A DNA stretch of 62,985 bases, the filler included, from Octopus bimaculoides (lineage: Eukaryota), in NCBI RefSeq assembly GCF_001194135.2. It is 3 parts of 3 records of this genome, joined end to end, with 100 filler letters (N's around TTAATTAATTAA, not from the genome) between each part and the next. Parts side by side here need not be neighbours in the genome. Positions count along the whole stretch, not along the records: positions 1 to 29,696 come from NC_068981.1; 2 more parts are not named here. One strand, written 5' to 3'. A program made the position numbers and the translations under genes. The notes under the pieces are model-generated. The model saw nothing but the letters and a program-made list of their open reading frames with translations, was not told the origin of the DNA and did not search any database. Position 1 is the stretch's first letter. Each line of letters opens with the position of its first letter. Below are positions 13,600 through 24,177 of this stretch, piece after piece.

Positions 13600-13850
13600 G
13601 TTTAGTGGAATCCTGTCTGTTGGAATTGAGAGTGTTACACTCACGAAGGCAAGGTTGTTGTTTCGATTCCCGGAACGAGCGTGCGTTGTGTTCTTGGGCA
13701 AAGCACTTCATTTCACGCTGCTTTTCTCCACTCGGCTGTAAATCAATGATCCTGCGATAGGCCGTTGTCCCTTACAGGGGGATTGTTGAGATCTGCATCA
13801 CTTATAGGCTAAGAAACCGGGTAACCAGCCCTATGAATCCGAAACGAAAG
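13600..13850 (+). mobile_element. tRNA-derived SINE (family A variant)
   Basis: gtttcgattcccgg..gttgtgttcttgggcaaagcacttcatttcacgctg..tccactcggctgtaaat. Confidence 0.7.
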
Positions 13851-15162
13851 ATTGTTGTGTCCAGAGGTTGACGATGATGACGATGATGATGATTAGGGTG
13901 GCGGCGGCGGCGGTGGTGGTGGTGGTGGTGGTGGTGGCTTTAGTGGTCATCGTCACGGATATGGTAGTGAAAGTGATAATGATAATGTCTGTTAGATGCA
14001 TACAACCGATATCTTCAGTCTGAGGAAGGACTCGCGCGCCATATCTGGCCCCCTTTTCCTCACAACTTCATTCCTTCGCTATCTCACCCCCAACACCCAC
14101 ACCTCTATTCTTGGAGCCTCTGGAAATTGTTATGGGCAGAGCCCATCCTCTCTCACTCTCTCTTATTGAACCACAAAATAAATAAATAAATAAATGAATA
14201 AAAATGCCAACAAAAACAATAACAAACGTCTAATATAAACGCCGGTGCAATGTGGGTAACAAGGTCAGAACAACAGTAAAGTGAGTGAATCAATGATAAG
14301 ACGAGAAGGTGGTGGCGAGGGGGAAGGAGTTCTGTGAGTGTACTGTTATGTTCGTGTACAGTTCTCACACTCACTGCCAAAATATATGAATGATATTTGG
14401 ACCCATTTATAAACCGGTTTCGTGTGTCAAAATTGTCACTGATCTTATCAAAGTCTTTTAGCGAGGCTCCCGTGTGGATTTGCTCTCAAGTGCTGCACAT
14501 GTACTAACAAACAACAAACTGTAATTCATTAAATTGCTTGCTATTGCCGCAAATTTTATATCTATCTATCTGTGTACATACATACATACATACATATATA
14601 TATATATATANNNNNNNNNNNNNNNNNNNNNNNNNNNNNNNNNNNNNNNNNNNNNNNNNNNNNNNNNNNNNNNNNNNNNNNNNNNNNNNNNNNNNNNNNN
14701 NNNNNNNNNNNNNNNNNNNNNNNNNNNNNNNNNNNNNNNNNNNNNNNNNNNNNNNNNNNNNNNNNNNNNNNNNNNNNNNNNNNNNNNNNNNNNNNNNNNN
14801 NNNNNNNNNNNNNNNNNNNNNNNNNNNNNNNNNNNNNNNNNNNNNNNNNNNNNNNNNNNNNNNNNNNNNNNNNNNNNNNNNNNNNNNNNNNNNNNNNNNN
14901 NNNNNNNNNNNNNNNNNNNNNNNNNNNNNNNNNNNNNNNNNNNNNNNNNNNNNNNNNNNNNNNNNNNNNNNNNNNNNNNNNNNNNNNNNNNNNNNNNNNN
15001 NNNNNNNNNNNNNNNNNNNNNNNNNNNNNNNNNNNNNNNNNNNNNATATACCTATATACACATATATACATATAAGTATTAGTTGTCTTACATATCATGT
15101 ACTTCTTCCTGTGGGTTTGAGTCATTTTGTGACTAAGCGTAATTACAAGTAGTCACATTACG

Positions 15163-15310
15163 TTCTAGAAATAGCAGCCAAATCTCCCGACAGTCACAAC
15201 CGAATACATTAAGAATTTTTTTTTTTTAAATCACATCTCGTAATGAAGTCTCGGATACGCAATTTCTGAATAATAACTTGGATGATCACGGTTGGACTGT
15301 CATTGTTCAG
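15163..15310 (+). repeat. dispersed repeat (ctagaaatagcagccaaatctc family)
   Basis: Related motifs occur at about 13065, 13255 and 45515. Class not determined. Confidence 0.45.
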
Positions 15311-15915
15311 GGAAATCAGAAAGGGCATCGACTTAGATAACGAAATGAATCCCACCTTGTTTCTGGATATTAGGAAAATATTAAGTATAAAATATTTGAA
15401 ACGGAAGATTTGAGTGTGACTTGGCTGCTATATTAGGCTCGCCTTCTACCACGTGGACACTCTCTCCCGTTCTCTCGATATTTCCATAGGTCCTTTCCGT
15501 TTAATGTTCGATATTCCAGCTACGACTAACTTATTGCATTGTTTTAACTCATAGTAAGTCTTAATCTAGCAGACATACGCTAAAAAGCAATCCATCCGTA
15601 ATCATCACGCCTTAGAATGGTTATTTTGCTCGAAGAGGTCCTGATCGCGAAAACATTACATCAAAGGCATCTTTCACGTCATATGTTGCATCATCTACCA
15701 TCTTTGTGGTATGCTTTAGGGATAAAACAAGTCATCACATCGCTTGTCACATTCCTGGTTCGCATTTTGGAATTACATGGATTCGCACACTTAAAATCGG
15801 CAGGAACAACATTTCATATTCAAATTCAGAACCGTAAAACAAAGGAATTTAGATTGTGTACATTATTTACATTATTCACATTTGACAGATATTTGTCCTC
15901 ATCTTGTTTGTTGTT

Positions 15916-15961
15916 AACTCAACGTTTCGACTGATATACGCTCCAGCCTTCATCAGGTGTC
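15916..15961 (-). ncRNA. minimal type I hammerhead ribozyme (Penelope-like), left arm
   Basis: GACAC-CUGAUGA-a-GGCUG-gagcguauau-CAGUC-GAAACGUU-GAGUU, with palindromic stem III AACGUU. Confidence 0.7.
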
Positions 15962-16071
15962 TTGAGGAGATTTCGAACCTGGGTTCTCATTCCTAAGGTA
16001 TTTTTCAATGTTGTTTTTGTTGTTGTCGTTGTTGTTGTTGTTGTTATTATTATTTTCATTATTATGCCCGT

Positions 16072-16142
16072 GGGCATATGGTGTAGTGGTTAAGAGCGCG
16101 GGCTACTAACCCCAAGATTCCGAGTTCGATTCCACGCAGTGA

Positions 16143-16144
<2 letters not shown>
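16072..16144 (+). mobile_element. tRNA-like Pol III head of the SINE-like element
   Basis: gggcatatggtgtagtggttaagagcgcgggctactaaccccaagattccgagttcgattcc has an A box (tggtgtagtgg), a B box (gagttcgattcc) and an anticodon-like loop ctactaa. The acceptor stem is poor and (AAT)n follows, so it is not a functional tRNA. Confidence 0.8.
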
Positions 16145-16210
<66 letters not shown>

Positions 16211-16257
16211 TTGAAAAATACCTTAGGAATGAGAACCCAGGTTCGAAATTTCCCCAT

Positions 16258-16304
16258 GACATCTGATGAAGGCTGGAGAGTTATATCAGCCGAAATGTTG
16301 TGTT
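16258..16304 (+). ncRNA. minimal type I hammerhead ribozyme (Penelope-like), right arm
   Basis: GACAU-CUGAUGA-a-GGCUG-gagaguuauau-CAGCC-GAAAUGUU-GUGUU. Stem II GGCUG/CAGCC is perfect and stem I is GACAU/GUGUU. Confidence 0.7.
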
Positions 16305-16603
16305 AACAACAAATAAGATGAGGACAAATATCTGTCAAATGTAAATAATGTAAATAATGTACATAATTCCTCATTTTGTAAATGTGTGCAAATACAAGAG
16401 TAGGAGATGAAGAAAATACCATCTTGACTGGGCTGTTAATTACTTTCTGAAATGAACTTCCATTATGCAGCTGAGGAGTACATTTTCATTACACATCTTA
16501 TGTGGTGTTCTCACTACATAAATAAATGAAGTTTGTACGAAACGTACGTACTGCTATAACCTAATACATTTTTGTTGCTTTTCTTCAAATTTTATTCACC
16601 AAA

Positions 16604-16748
16604 TCTCCGTCTACCAAATCCACTCAAATGGCTTTGACGGCCGAGCAATAGTAGAAGAGACTTGGTCAGGGTGCTGCTCAGTGGGTCTTGAAACCAAGAC
16701 CGCAATAATTGGGAAGCACACTTCTTACCAATGCAATCACGCCTGCGC
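16604..16748 (-). mobile_element. tRNA-derived SINE (window family C), 5' part
   Basis: Reverse strand gcgcaggcgtgattgcattggtaagaagtgtgcttccc..ctactattgctcggccgtcaaagcc..gagtggatttggtagacggag. Confidence 0.7.
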
Positions 16749-16914
16749 ATAGCCGCGCCAGTATATTTTGGTGGAGTGAAGGAGAGAGGATGTCACTGTG
16801 ACGCTAATTGAGAATGAATTCGAGAACTAAGAGGAATGTGCTGCCTTACGAAAATAGATAGTTTTTTCAAGAATTACTCAAACATCTATATTTATTCGCA
16901 CGCATATGCTTGCA

Positions 16915-17030
<116 letters not shown>

Positions 17031-17088
17031 AACACACGGCGTATTTTAACCATTCTGCGAGCTCGCCGCCTTAGATTATAATATTATG

Positions 17089-17290
17089 TCTACTCTAGGC
17101 GCAAGGCCTTGAAAAATCTTGGTGAAAGGGACTAGTCAATTATATCAACCGCAGTGCATAACTGGTACTTATTTAACGACCCCGAAAGGATGAAAAGCAA
17201 AGTCGACCTCGGCGGAATTTGAACTCAGAACGTAAAGACCCATAAGTATTTCGCCAGGTGTGCTAACGTTTCTACCAGTTCGCCGCCTTA
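17089..17290 (-). mobile_element. SINE family B
   Basis: cgaccccgaaaggatgaaaagcaaagtcgacctcggcggaatttgaactcagaacg..cagttcgccgcctta. Confidence 0.9.
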
Positions 17291-17519
17291 ATATTAATGA
17301 TAATAATAATTTTTACAGTAGGCCCAAGGGCTAACATTTGGTTGAGGGGCAAATCGATTAAAACGACCCGGGTCCTACCTGCAATAGAACGTGTCTGACA
17401 TAATCCATTAGTCTGCCATGCCCAAGCACTGTACGAGTGCCTGCAAATTAGTTTTTTCGTTCTGCGGGCACCCTGGGTATGTGCTGCTGATGCAATCTTG
17501 GTAGAATCTTTAGTGTGTC

Positions 17520-17700
17520 GAACAAAATGCTTCATGGCATTTTGGCCGGCTCTGTAAGTTCTGTGTTCAAATTGCACTGGGATTAACTTTGCCTTTCATA
17601 CTTTCGGGGTTGATAAAACTAGTTATTTGTCAAATATTGAGGGTCGACGATATAGTCTAACATCCATTCCCACGAAATTGCTAGCCTTTTGTCTAAATTT
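17520..17700 (+). mobile_element. SINE family B, 5'-truncated and diverged
   Basis: aaaatgctt..gttcaaattgc..ttgcctttcatactttcggggttgataaaa. Confidence 0.75.
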
Positions 17701-17704
17701 GAAG

Positions 17705-17905
17705 GCAAAATCATTAGCGCCTCGGACAAAATCCTTAGTAGCATTTCATCCGTCTTTACGTTCCGAGTTCAAATCCCACCGATGTCAACTTTGTCTTGCA
17801 TCCTTCAGGATCGATAAAATGAGTACCAATCGACCGCTGTGTTTGGCGTAACCGATCACACCCCTGCCCCCTCCCCCCACCAAATTTCAGGCTTTGCAAT
17901 TTGGT
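17705..17905 (+). mobile_element. SINE family B, diverged
   Basis: tcattagcgcctcggacaaaatcc..gagttcaaatccc..catccttcaggatcgataaaatgagtacca. Confidence 0.75.
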
Positions 17906-17954
17906 GACCCACCTCATTAATTTTTGGCCTTCTGCCATAGGAAAAAGAGAATTA

Positions 17955-18495
17955 TCATCACCAGCATCATCATCATCATCATCATCGCCACCAGTATCAT
18001 CATCATAATTATTATCATCATCATCATCCATCATCGTCATTCTCGTCGTCGTCGTCGTTGACGTCGTCATCCCGATCGTTATTTTCATCATCATCATCGT
18101 TATCATTATCAACACAATCATCATCATCATCATCGTCGTCGTTGTCATAGTTGTCATCATCACCATCATCATCGTCATCATCGTTGGCGTCGCTCTCATC
18201 GTCCTTGTCATTGCTTCTGTTGTCATCAATTTCTTCCTCAAATCGTCTTCTTCGGCGTCTACTCTACCATAGCTGATGTGTCGACAACAACAACAAAATG
18301 ATTATCAATGAAAATGCAAGCATCATCGTCATCATCGTCATCATCGTCATCATCGTCATCATCGTCATCATCACCATCATCGTCATCATCATCATCATCG
18401 TCATCATCGTCATCATCGTCATCATCACCATCATCGTCATCATCATCATCATCATCGTCATCATCGTCATCATCGTCATCATCACCATCATCATC
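17955..18495. repeat. degenerate (ATC/GTC)n trinucleotide tract
   Basis: Direct reading. It has higher-order atcatcgtc units and reads as poly-Asp on the minus strand. Confidence 0.9.
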
Positions 18496-19249
18496 AACAG
18501 CGTCACCATAATCGTCGTCATCAATAGCTGGTGGAGTTGTGGCAGCAGTGAGTCTCTCGGAGTGGAGGATGTTATCAGTGTGATCAGAAGCCATCTTCGT
18601 TTGCCGCCATTTTCTCTGTCCACTCGTCAGTGATATATGACACGTCAAACCAACGAGAACAATAACNNNNNNNNNNNNNNNNNNNNNNNNNNNNNNNNNN
18701 NNNNNNNNNNNNNNNNNNNNNNNNNNNNNNNNNNNNNNNNNNNNNNNNNNNNNNNNNNNNNNNNNNNNNNNNNNNNNNNNNNNNNNNNNNNNNNNNNNNN
18801 NNNNNNNNNNNNNNNNNNNNNNNNNNNNNNNNNNNNNNNNNNNNNNNNNNNNNNNNNNNNNNNNNNNNNNNNNNNNNNNNNNNNNNNNNNNNNNNNNNNN
18901 NNNNNNNNNNNNNNNNNNNNNNNNNNNNNNNNNNNNNNNNNNNNNNNNNNNNNNNNNNNNNNNNNNNNNNNNNNNNNNNNNNNNNNNNNNNNNNNNNNNN
19001 CTCTCCCTCTCCCCCTCCCTCCCTCCATCTCTCCCTCTCTTTCTCTCTCTGTTTCACTTTCTTCATATATATACACGTATACGTACACACGTGTGTGCGT
19101 GTGCACATATCTCTGTGTCTATATATATATATATGTGGGGGCGGTGAGTGTGTGCGTATGTATAATATATATATGTATGTATAATATATATATTACATAT
19201 ATACATACGTACATACAATGATAGAGAATATAACAAACAAGCAAACAAG

Positions 19250-19250
19250 C

Positions 19251-19317
<67 letters not shown>

Positions 19318-19318
19318 C
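19250..19318. repeat. (AGAT)n microsatellite
   Basis: Direct reading. Similar tracts occur at about 20025-20080, 54925-54990, 56920-56975 and 62225-62345. Confidence 0.95.
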
Positions 19319-20021
19319 AGACGGATCTTGTTCAAAACGGGGGCACCAGTATTTTCTTAACGAAACACTTTGAAACTTGGGACACTGGTAGAATGTGTCA
19401 TATAAAACATCTTTTTCTCTTAGTCTTCTTAACAAAAAAACGTACATCGCAAGTTATTTCATGTTAAAGTTGTCGTATTTCTGTAATTTCAACCAATCAC
19501 TGACGTCTATTCAGCTGAATAGAGTTACTGCTCCCGGTCATAAAAATGTTATTCCCTGTGACATATTTCATCCGGTTTAATCGTAATCTATACGCATATA
19601 TTGTTTATATAAAAAATTACGCTGTGCGTATCTATGTNNNNNNNNNNNNNNNNNNNNNNNNNNNNNNNNNNNNNNNNNNNNNNNNNNNNNNNNNNNNNNN
19701 NNNNNNNNNNNNNNNNNNNNNNNNNNNNNNNNNNNNNNNNNNNNNNNNNNNNNNNNNNNNNNNNNNNNNNNNNNNNNNNNNNNNNNNNNNNNNNNNACAG
19801 CGCTAACTGTTTTCAACTGAATAGACGTCAGTGATTAGTAGAAATTATCGAAATAAGACAATTTTTTACATGAAATAAATTCGAATACAAAAATTTTGTT
19901 CTGTTCTATAACACAAAATAGATAAGTATACGAAGTTTGAAAATCTTTCCGTACCAAAAACACTACATAAAACATAAATGAAAACTGGTGACCCCGTTTT
20001 GAACAGGATCCAGACAGACAA

Positions 20022-20056
<35 letters not shown>

Positions 20057-20364
20057 TATAGATAGATAGATAGATAGATAGACACATGCATACTCACAAA
20101 CGCACATACATACCTTTTGTCTCGTTCTGTGCCGCACATTTTCCCGGTTATGTTCACTATTTCTTCCTTTGTGCTGCCATTTGCTTTCCACTGTGTCAGG
20201 TCCTTTTGTTTGCTTTAAAAAAAATTCTGTTTTTGTTCGTACAGCTTTACCATTCCGGCTTAGGCTTTCCTACTGCCTACGTGTCACCATGAGGGTTCGA
20301 TCCCAGCACCCGTTTCACTAGATAACACCCAACGACTTCAGACTTCTTGAGTTTACCATTACGA

Positions 20365-21000
20365 CCTTTCTATTTTCCTGAACAGTTCCACATTAGTGAT
20401 TCACTCCGTGTACAACGCTGCTAAACGAGTGTGGATGTCATGCAGGCAACCATTTTTTCATTACTTTAATCAAGCTGCCATATTTTACTGTCTTACGATA
20501 AAATGAACTCCATTTTGAATTGTAAGCTCGCATTGTCAAGTATTATTCAGATGCCTATTTTTTTTCAAACTTTCGGCAAATCTACCAAAAAACTCCCCGG
20601 GATTTCCCAATTGTGAGGTTGACATCTTCCTCACTACCGCCATCCGCATCTATTGTCCTTCATCGTTTATCATAAACGTTTTTCCCAGCAACCAACTCCA
20701 TTTTTGCTTCTACAAATTAATATTCGTGCCGACACGTAAACCTGTGCAACAAGATCATAAATGTGACGTTTACGTTTCACGACAAAGTCAGTGAGATGAC
20801 TGCATTTTGACCCAAGGATGGATCCTGATTACTTTATGATTGAGCTTGCCTTACCATCGCAATATCCTCTCAAAATGCAAATCCTTTAGCATGATGCCAT
20901 TGTCCCACATGAGACAGTGTCCTATTCAGTCCACCTGCCTCAATATAAAAAATGTATCACGTGATTGAAGAGGAATAGAAACAACGCATAACCATGCGTA
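20365..21000 (-). pseudogene. RTE-clade LINE reverse transcriptase remnant
   Basis: Broken translation MLKDLHF.EDIAM..DADGGSEEDVNLTIGKSRGVF..RAYNS..ITNVELFR follows the order of the RTE motifs LDFADDIAL..DGG.E.DV..RIGKAR..F..RIYNS..ISNEEL. Confidence 0.6.
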
Positions 21001-21084
21001 ACACTAGTTTCAACAGCAAAACACGCTATCGTCCCCTCATTAACATATCCCCAACACTATACATAACCTTCATTACATCTTATA

Positions 21085-21472
21085 CTTTATCATTTACTTG
21101 TTTCAGTCTTTGCAATGCGACCATGCTGGGGCACCACCTAGAACGTATAGACTCCGGTCCTTAAATTCTTTTTAGAGCTTGGGTTTTATTCTATCGGTGT
21201 CTTTAGCCGGACAGCAAATTAATAAGGACGTAAACACACCATCACTAGTCGTCTAGTGGTGCTGGGGGGACAAACACAGACACAAAAACACACACATATA
21301 CACATATATACGATGGGCTTCTATCAGTTTCCTTCTACTAAATCCATTGAGAAGGGTTTAGTAGACCCAAGGCTTTAGTAGAAAACATTTACCCAAAGTG
21401 CCACGCAGTGGGATTGAACCTGGAACCATTTAGCTGGGAAGCAAACTGCTAACCATACAGTCAGTCTGCACC
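21085..21472 (-). mobile_element. SINE family C, near full length
   Basis: Tail tttacttgtttcagtc..gaccatgctggggcacc, internal (CA/TA) tract, head gtgggattgaacctggaaccat..gggaagcaaactgctaaccatacag. Confidence 0.85.
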
Positions 21473-21970
21473 TTATTGGTTTTATAATGTCAGAGAATTT
21501 GGTTGACGGAAACTGCGTGAAGTTAAAAGGATTCTTAAACGTTTGATGATTTTGTTTTTCATAAAACATTTCTGTTTAAACTGCTAAAAGCATTTTAAAA
21601 GCTGATGAAGTTAATAGCTGCATTTGTATTTGATGGCGTTTTTTTAAATTCTATGTGGAAACGTAACTACGTCAGTGGTTCATTGTTTCTTTACATTGAA
21701 CCCAAATTGTAGGCCTCCTAAAAATTTTAATTGCCTGCCTCATCCTGTTGAACTCGATAACTAAAAGTAGCTTAGGGTTATCAGCCATTTCTTCAATAAG
21801 ATGGTGCTGCGACAGACAGGCCTTCGGTAGAAGTCTNNNNNNNNNNNNNNNNNNNNNNNNNNNNNNNNNNNNNNNNNNNNNNNNNNNNNNNNNNNNNNNN
21901 NNNNNNNNNNNNNNNNNNNNNNNNNNNNNNNNNNNNNNNNNNNNNNNNNNNNNNNNNNNNNNNNNNNNNN

Positions 21971-22001
<31 letters not shown>

Positions 22002-22260
22002 CCTACATCACACGAAGAAACTTGAAAGAGGGTAGCAATATCAAAATCTCGCCAAAAGCCAATCGCATAAGAGTGGCCGATGGAAAGGTTACTACACGCC
22101 AGTGTTTCAGCCTGGACACAGAGAAGGCAGCTGAAGCACATAAAAGAATAAAGAATGCATGTTCTCACTCACGCTCACATTGCTCTCTCACAGGTGCAGG
22201 TACACACAGACACTCACACAAACATACATATAAACAAGCACACAAATACGCACATTGATA

Positions 22261-23150
22261 TGAGGGGGTACCCCTAAATAACCGGAAACATTTTCTGTGG
22301 GACAAACCCGTGTAGTTCAGGCCACCACCGTTAGAAGCCCCTTGATGTGACCGTTAGGCAGTCAGTCGACCGGCGTTATTCAGTCCGGTCATACTGGCAC
22401 GTGGTACGTCTTTCTTTTGCAGTGTTTCTCGCTGTTCATCGATTTTTGCGACGGCTGAAACGAAGCAACATCGTGCTTCTGTAAAACTCTATTTTCTGCT
22501 GGGGAAAACGGCGGCTGAAACAGTTGTCATGCTTCAAACAGCTTACAAGGACGCAGCCATGAGCAAAACAGAAGTTTATGAGTGGTTTCCATGATTTTGG
22601 AATGGTTATTCGTCGCTTGAAGACGACCAACTTCGTTGGCCTCCCGAACGAATGAAAGCAACATGAAAATTCATGAACTGATCTTGGAGGGCCGTTGCCG
22701 AATAATTGATGAACTTTGTTGATACGACTGGTGTGTCCTGGAGCTCCTGCCAACGAATTTTGGGCTAGAAATTGCGAATGAAAAGGGCTGTAACAAAATT
22801 TGTGCCTCGCTTCGTCACGGAAGATCAAAAGCAGTCACAGCTGAATGCATGTCATGAATTGAAAGAACAGTTGGAAGTTGATAGGGACCTTTTTCCAAAG
22901 GTCATCACTGGTGATGAAAGCTGGTGTTACGGAATTTGCAGATGTGGAAGAGTTGAAGAAAAAGTGACAGAGGCATTAAAAGGCATCGCTTTGCAAGAGA
23001 TCCACCACTGCTTGGAATAGTGGAAAACGTGTTTGGACCGATGCATTGCTTCAAATGGAGAATATTTTGAAGGCGATAAAAGAGTAAACATGTAAAACTA
23101 AATGAATAAAATAATATTGCAAAATTCCGGTTTCTTTTGGGTACCCCTCA
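22261..23150 (+). mobile_element. internally deleted mariner element (irritans-like), 890 bp
   Basis: TA-flanked ~27-bp TIRs (tgagggggtacccctaaataaccggaa and tgaggggtacccaaaagaaaccggaa). Transposase remnants VKLYFLLGKTAAETVVMLQTAY..KFVPRFVTEDQK..KVITGDESWCYG are joined at about 22932 directly to the C-terminal FADVEE..WKTCLDRCIASNGEYFEGD. Confidence 0.9.
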
Positions 23151-23154
23151 TAAT

Positions 23155-23217
<63 letters not shown>

Positions 23218-23341
23218 TTTATATCGTTACATACATACAGAAATACATGCAAGTAAATATACAAACACATACATATATAAACATTACTTCATCATATATG
23301 TTTACACTTGAACGTCCATTGCACAAACATACATAAATATA

Positions 23342-23387
<46 letters not shown>

Positions 23388-23944
23388 ACACGCATACAAT
23401 ACACACATACACACACACACGCTTACACGCATGCATAGACATTCACATGTACACAAATAGAATGTAAAACACGTTCAGCTGCTCATTTCAATTTTCAGCC
23501 TTCTTCATGTGTCTGATGCGTTGAACTAATATCGCGAGAATCAAGATACCAAATCTGATAGAATCTTAATGTAGAAAAGGCAAAACATTCTTCTGATTGA
23601 CACTAATTGTCATCTCAAGAATCTCTTCCTTATTCCTCCCTTTTCTATCACTCTCATTTCCTTATAAGATTCCATTTTGAATACAAAGAAACTGACAAAC
23701 AAAACGAGAGAAAAACGGTGATCATGTAAATGTTTTCTCGTTGAAAAATATGTCCGCTTTAGTTATTTTGATTGCAATTTGGCACCATTTTGACAATTTA
23801 ACAAGCAAATGTATCTTTATGTGGGAATAGTTATTTAAAAAAAATTTCTTCTTCTTTTTTTAGCAGTTACTGATAAAACCCAAATTTATGACTATTTCTT
23901 CAGCACATGCGCATATGTAAATCATTATTTAAAAATACATATAC

Positions 23945-23981
<37 letters not shown>

Positions 23982-24105
23982 NNNNNNNNNNNNNNNNNNN
24001 NNNNNNNNNNNNNNNNNNNNNNNNNNNNNNNNNNNNNNNNNNNNNNNNNNNNNNNNNNNNNNNNNNNNNNNNNNNNNATATATACAAATATATATAACCT
24101 CTCTG

Positions 24106-24177
<72 letters not shown>

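Larger units (their letters stand above)
15857..16372. mobile_element. inverted-repeat element: tRNA-like head + (AAT)n + HHR-containing tail, mirrored
   Basis: Arms 15857-16012 and 16209-16363 are near-perfect reverse complements. The symmetry axis is the palindrome atgcccgtgggcat at 16064-16077. Confidence 0.85.

Noticed and set aside
16072-16144. Functional tRNA gene (anticodon ACT)
   Set aside because: No proper acceptor stem and embedded in a repeat element; treated as a SINE head.
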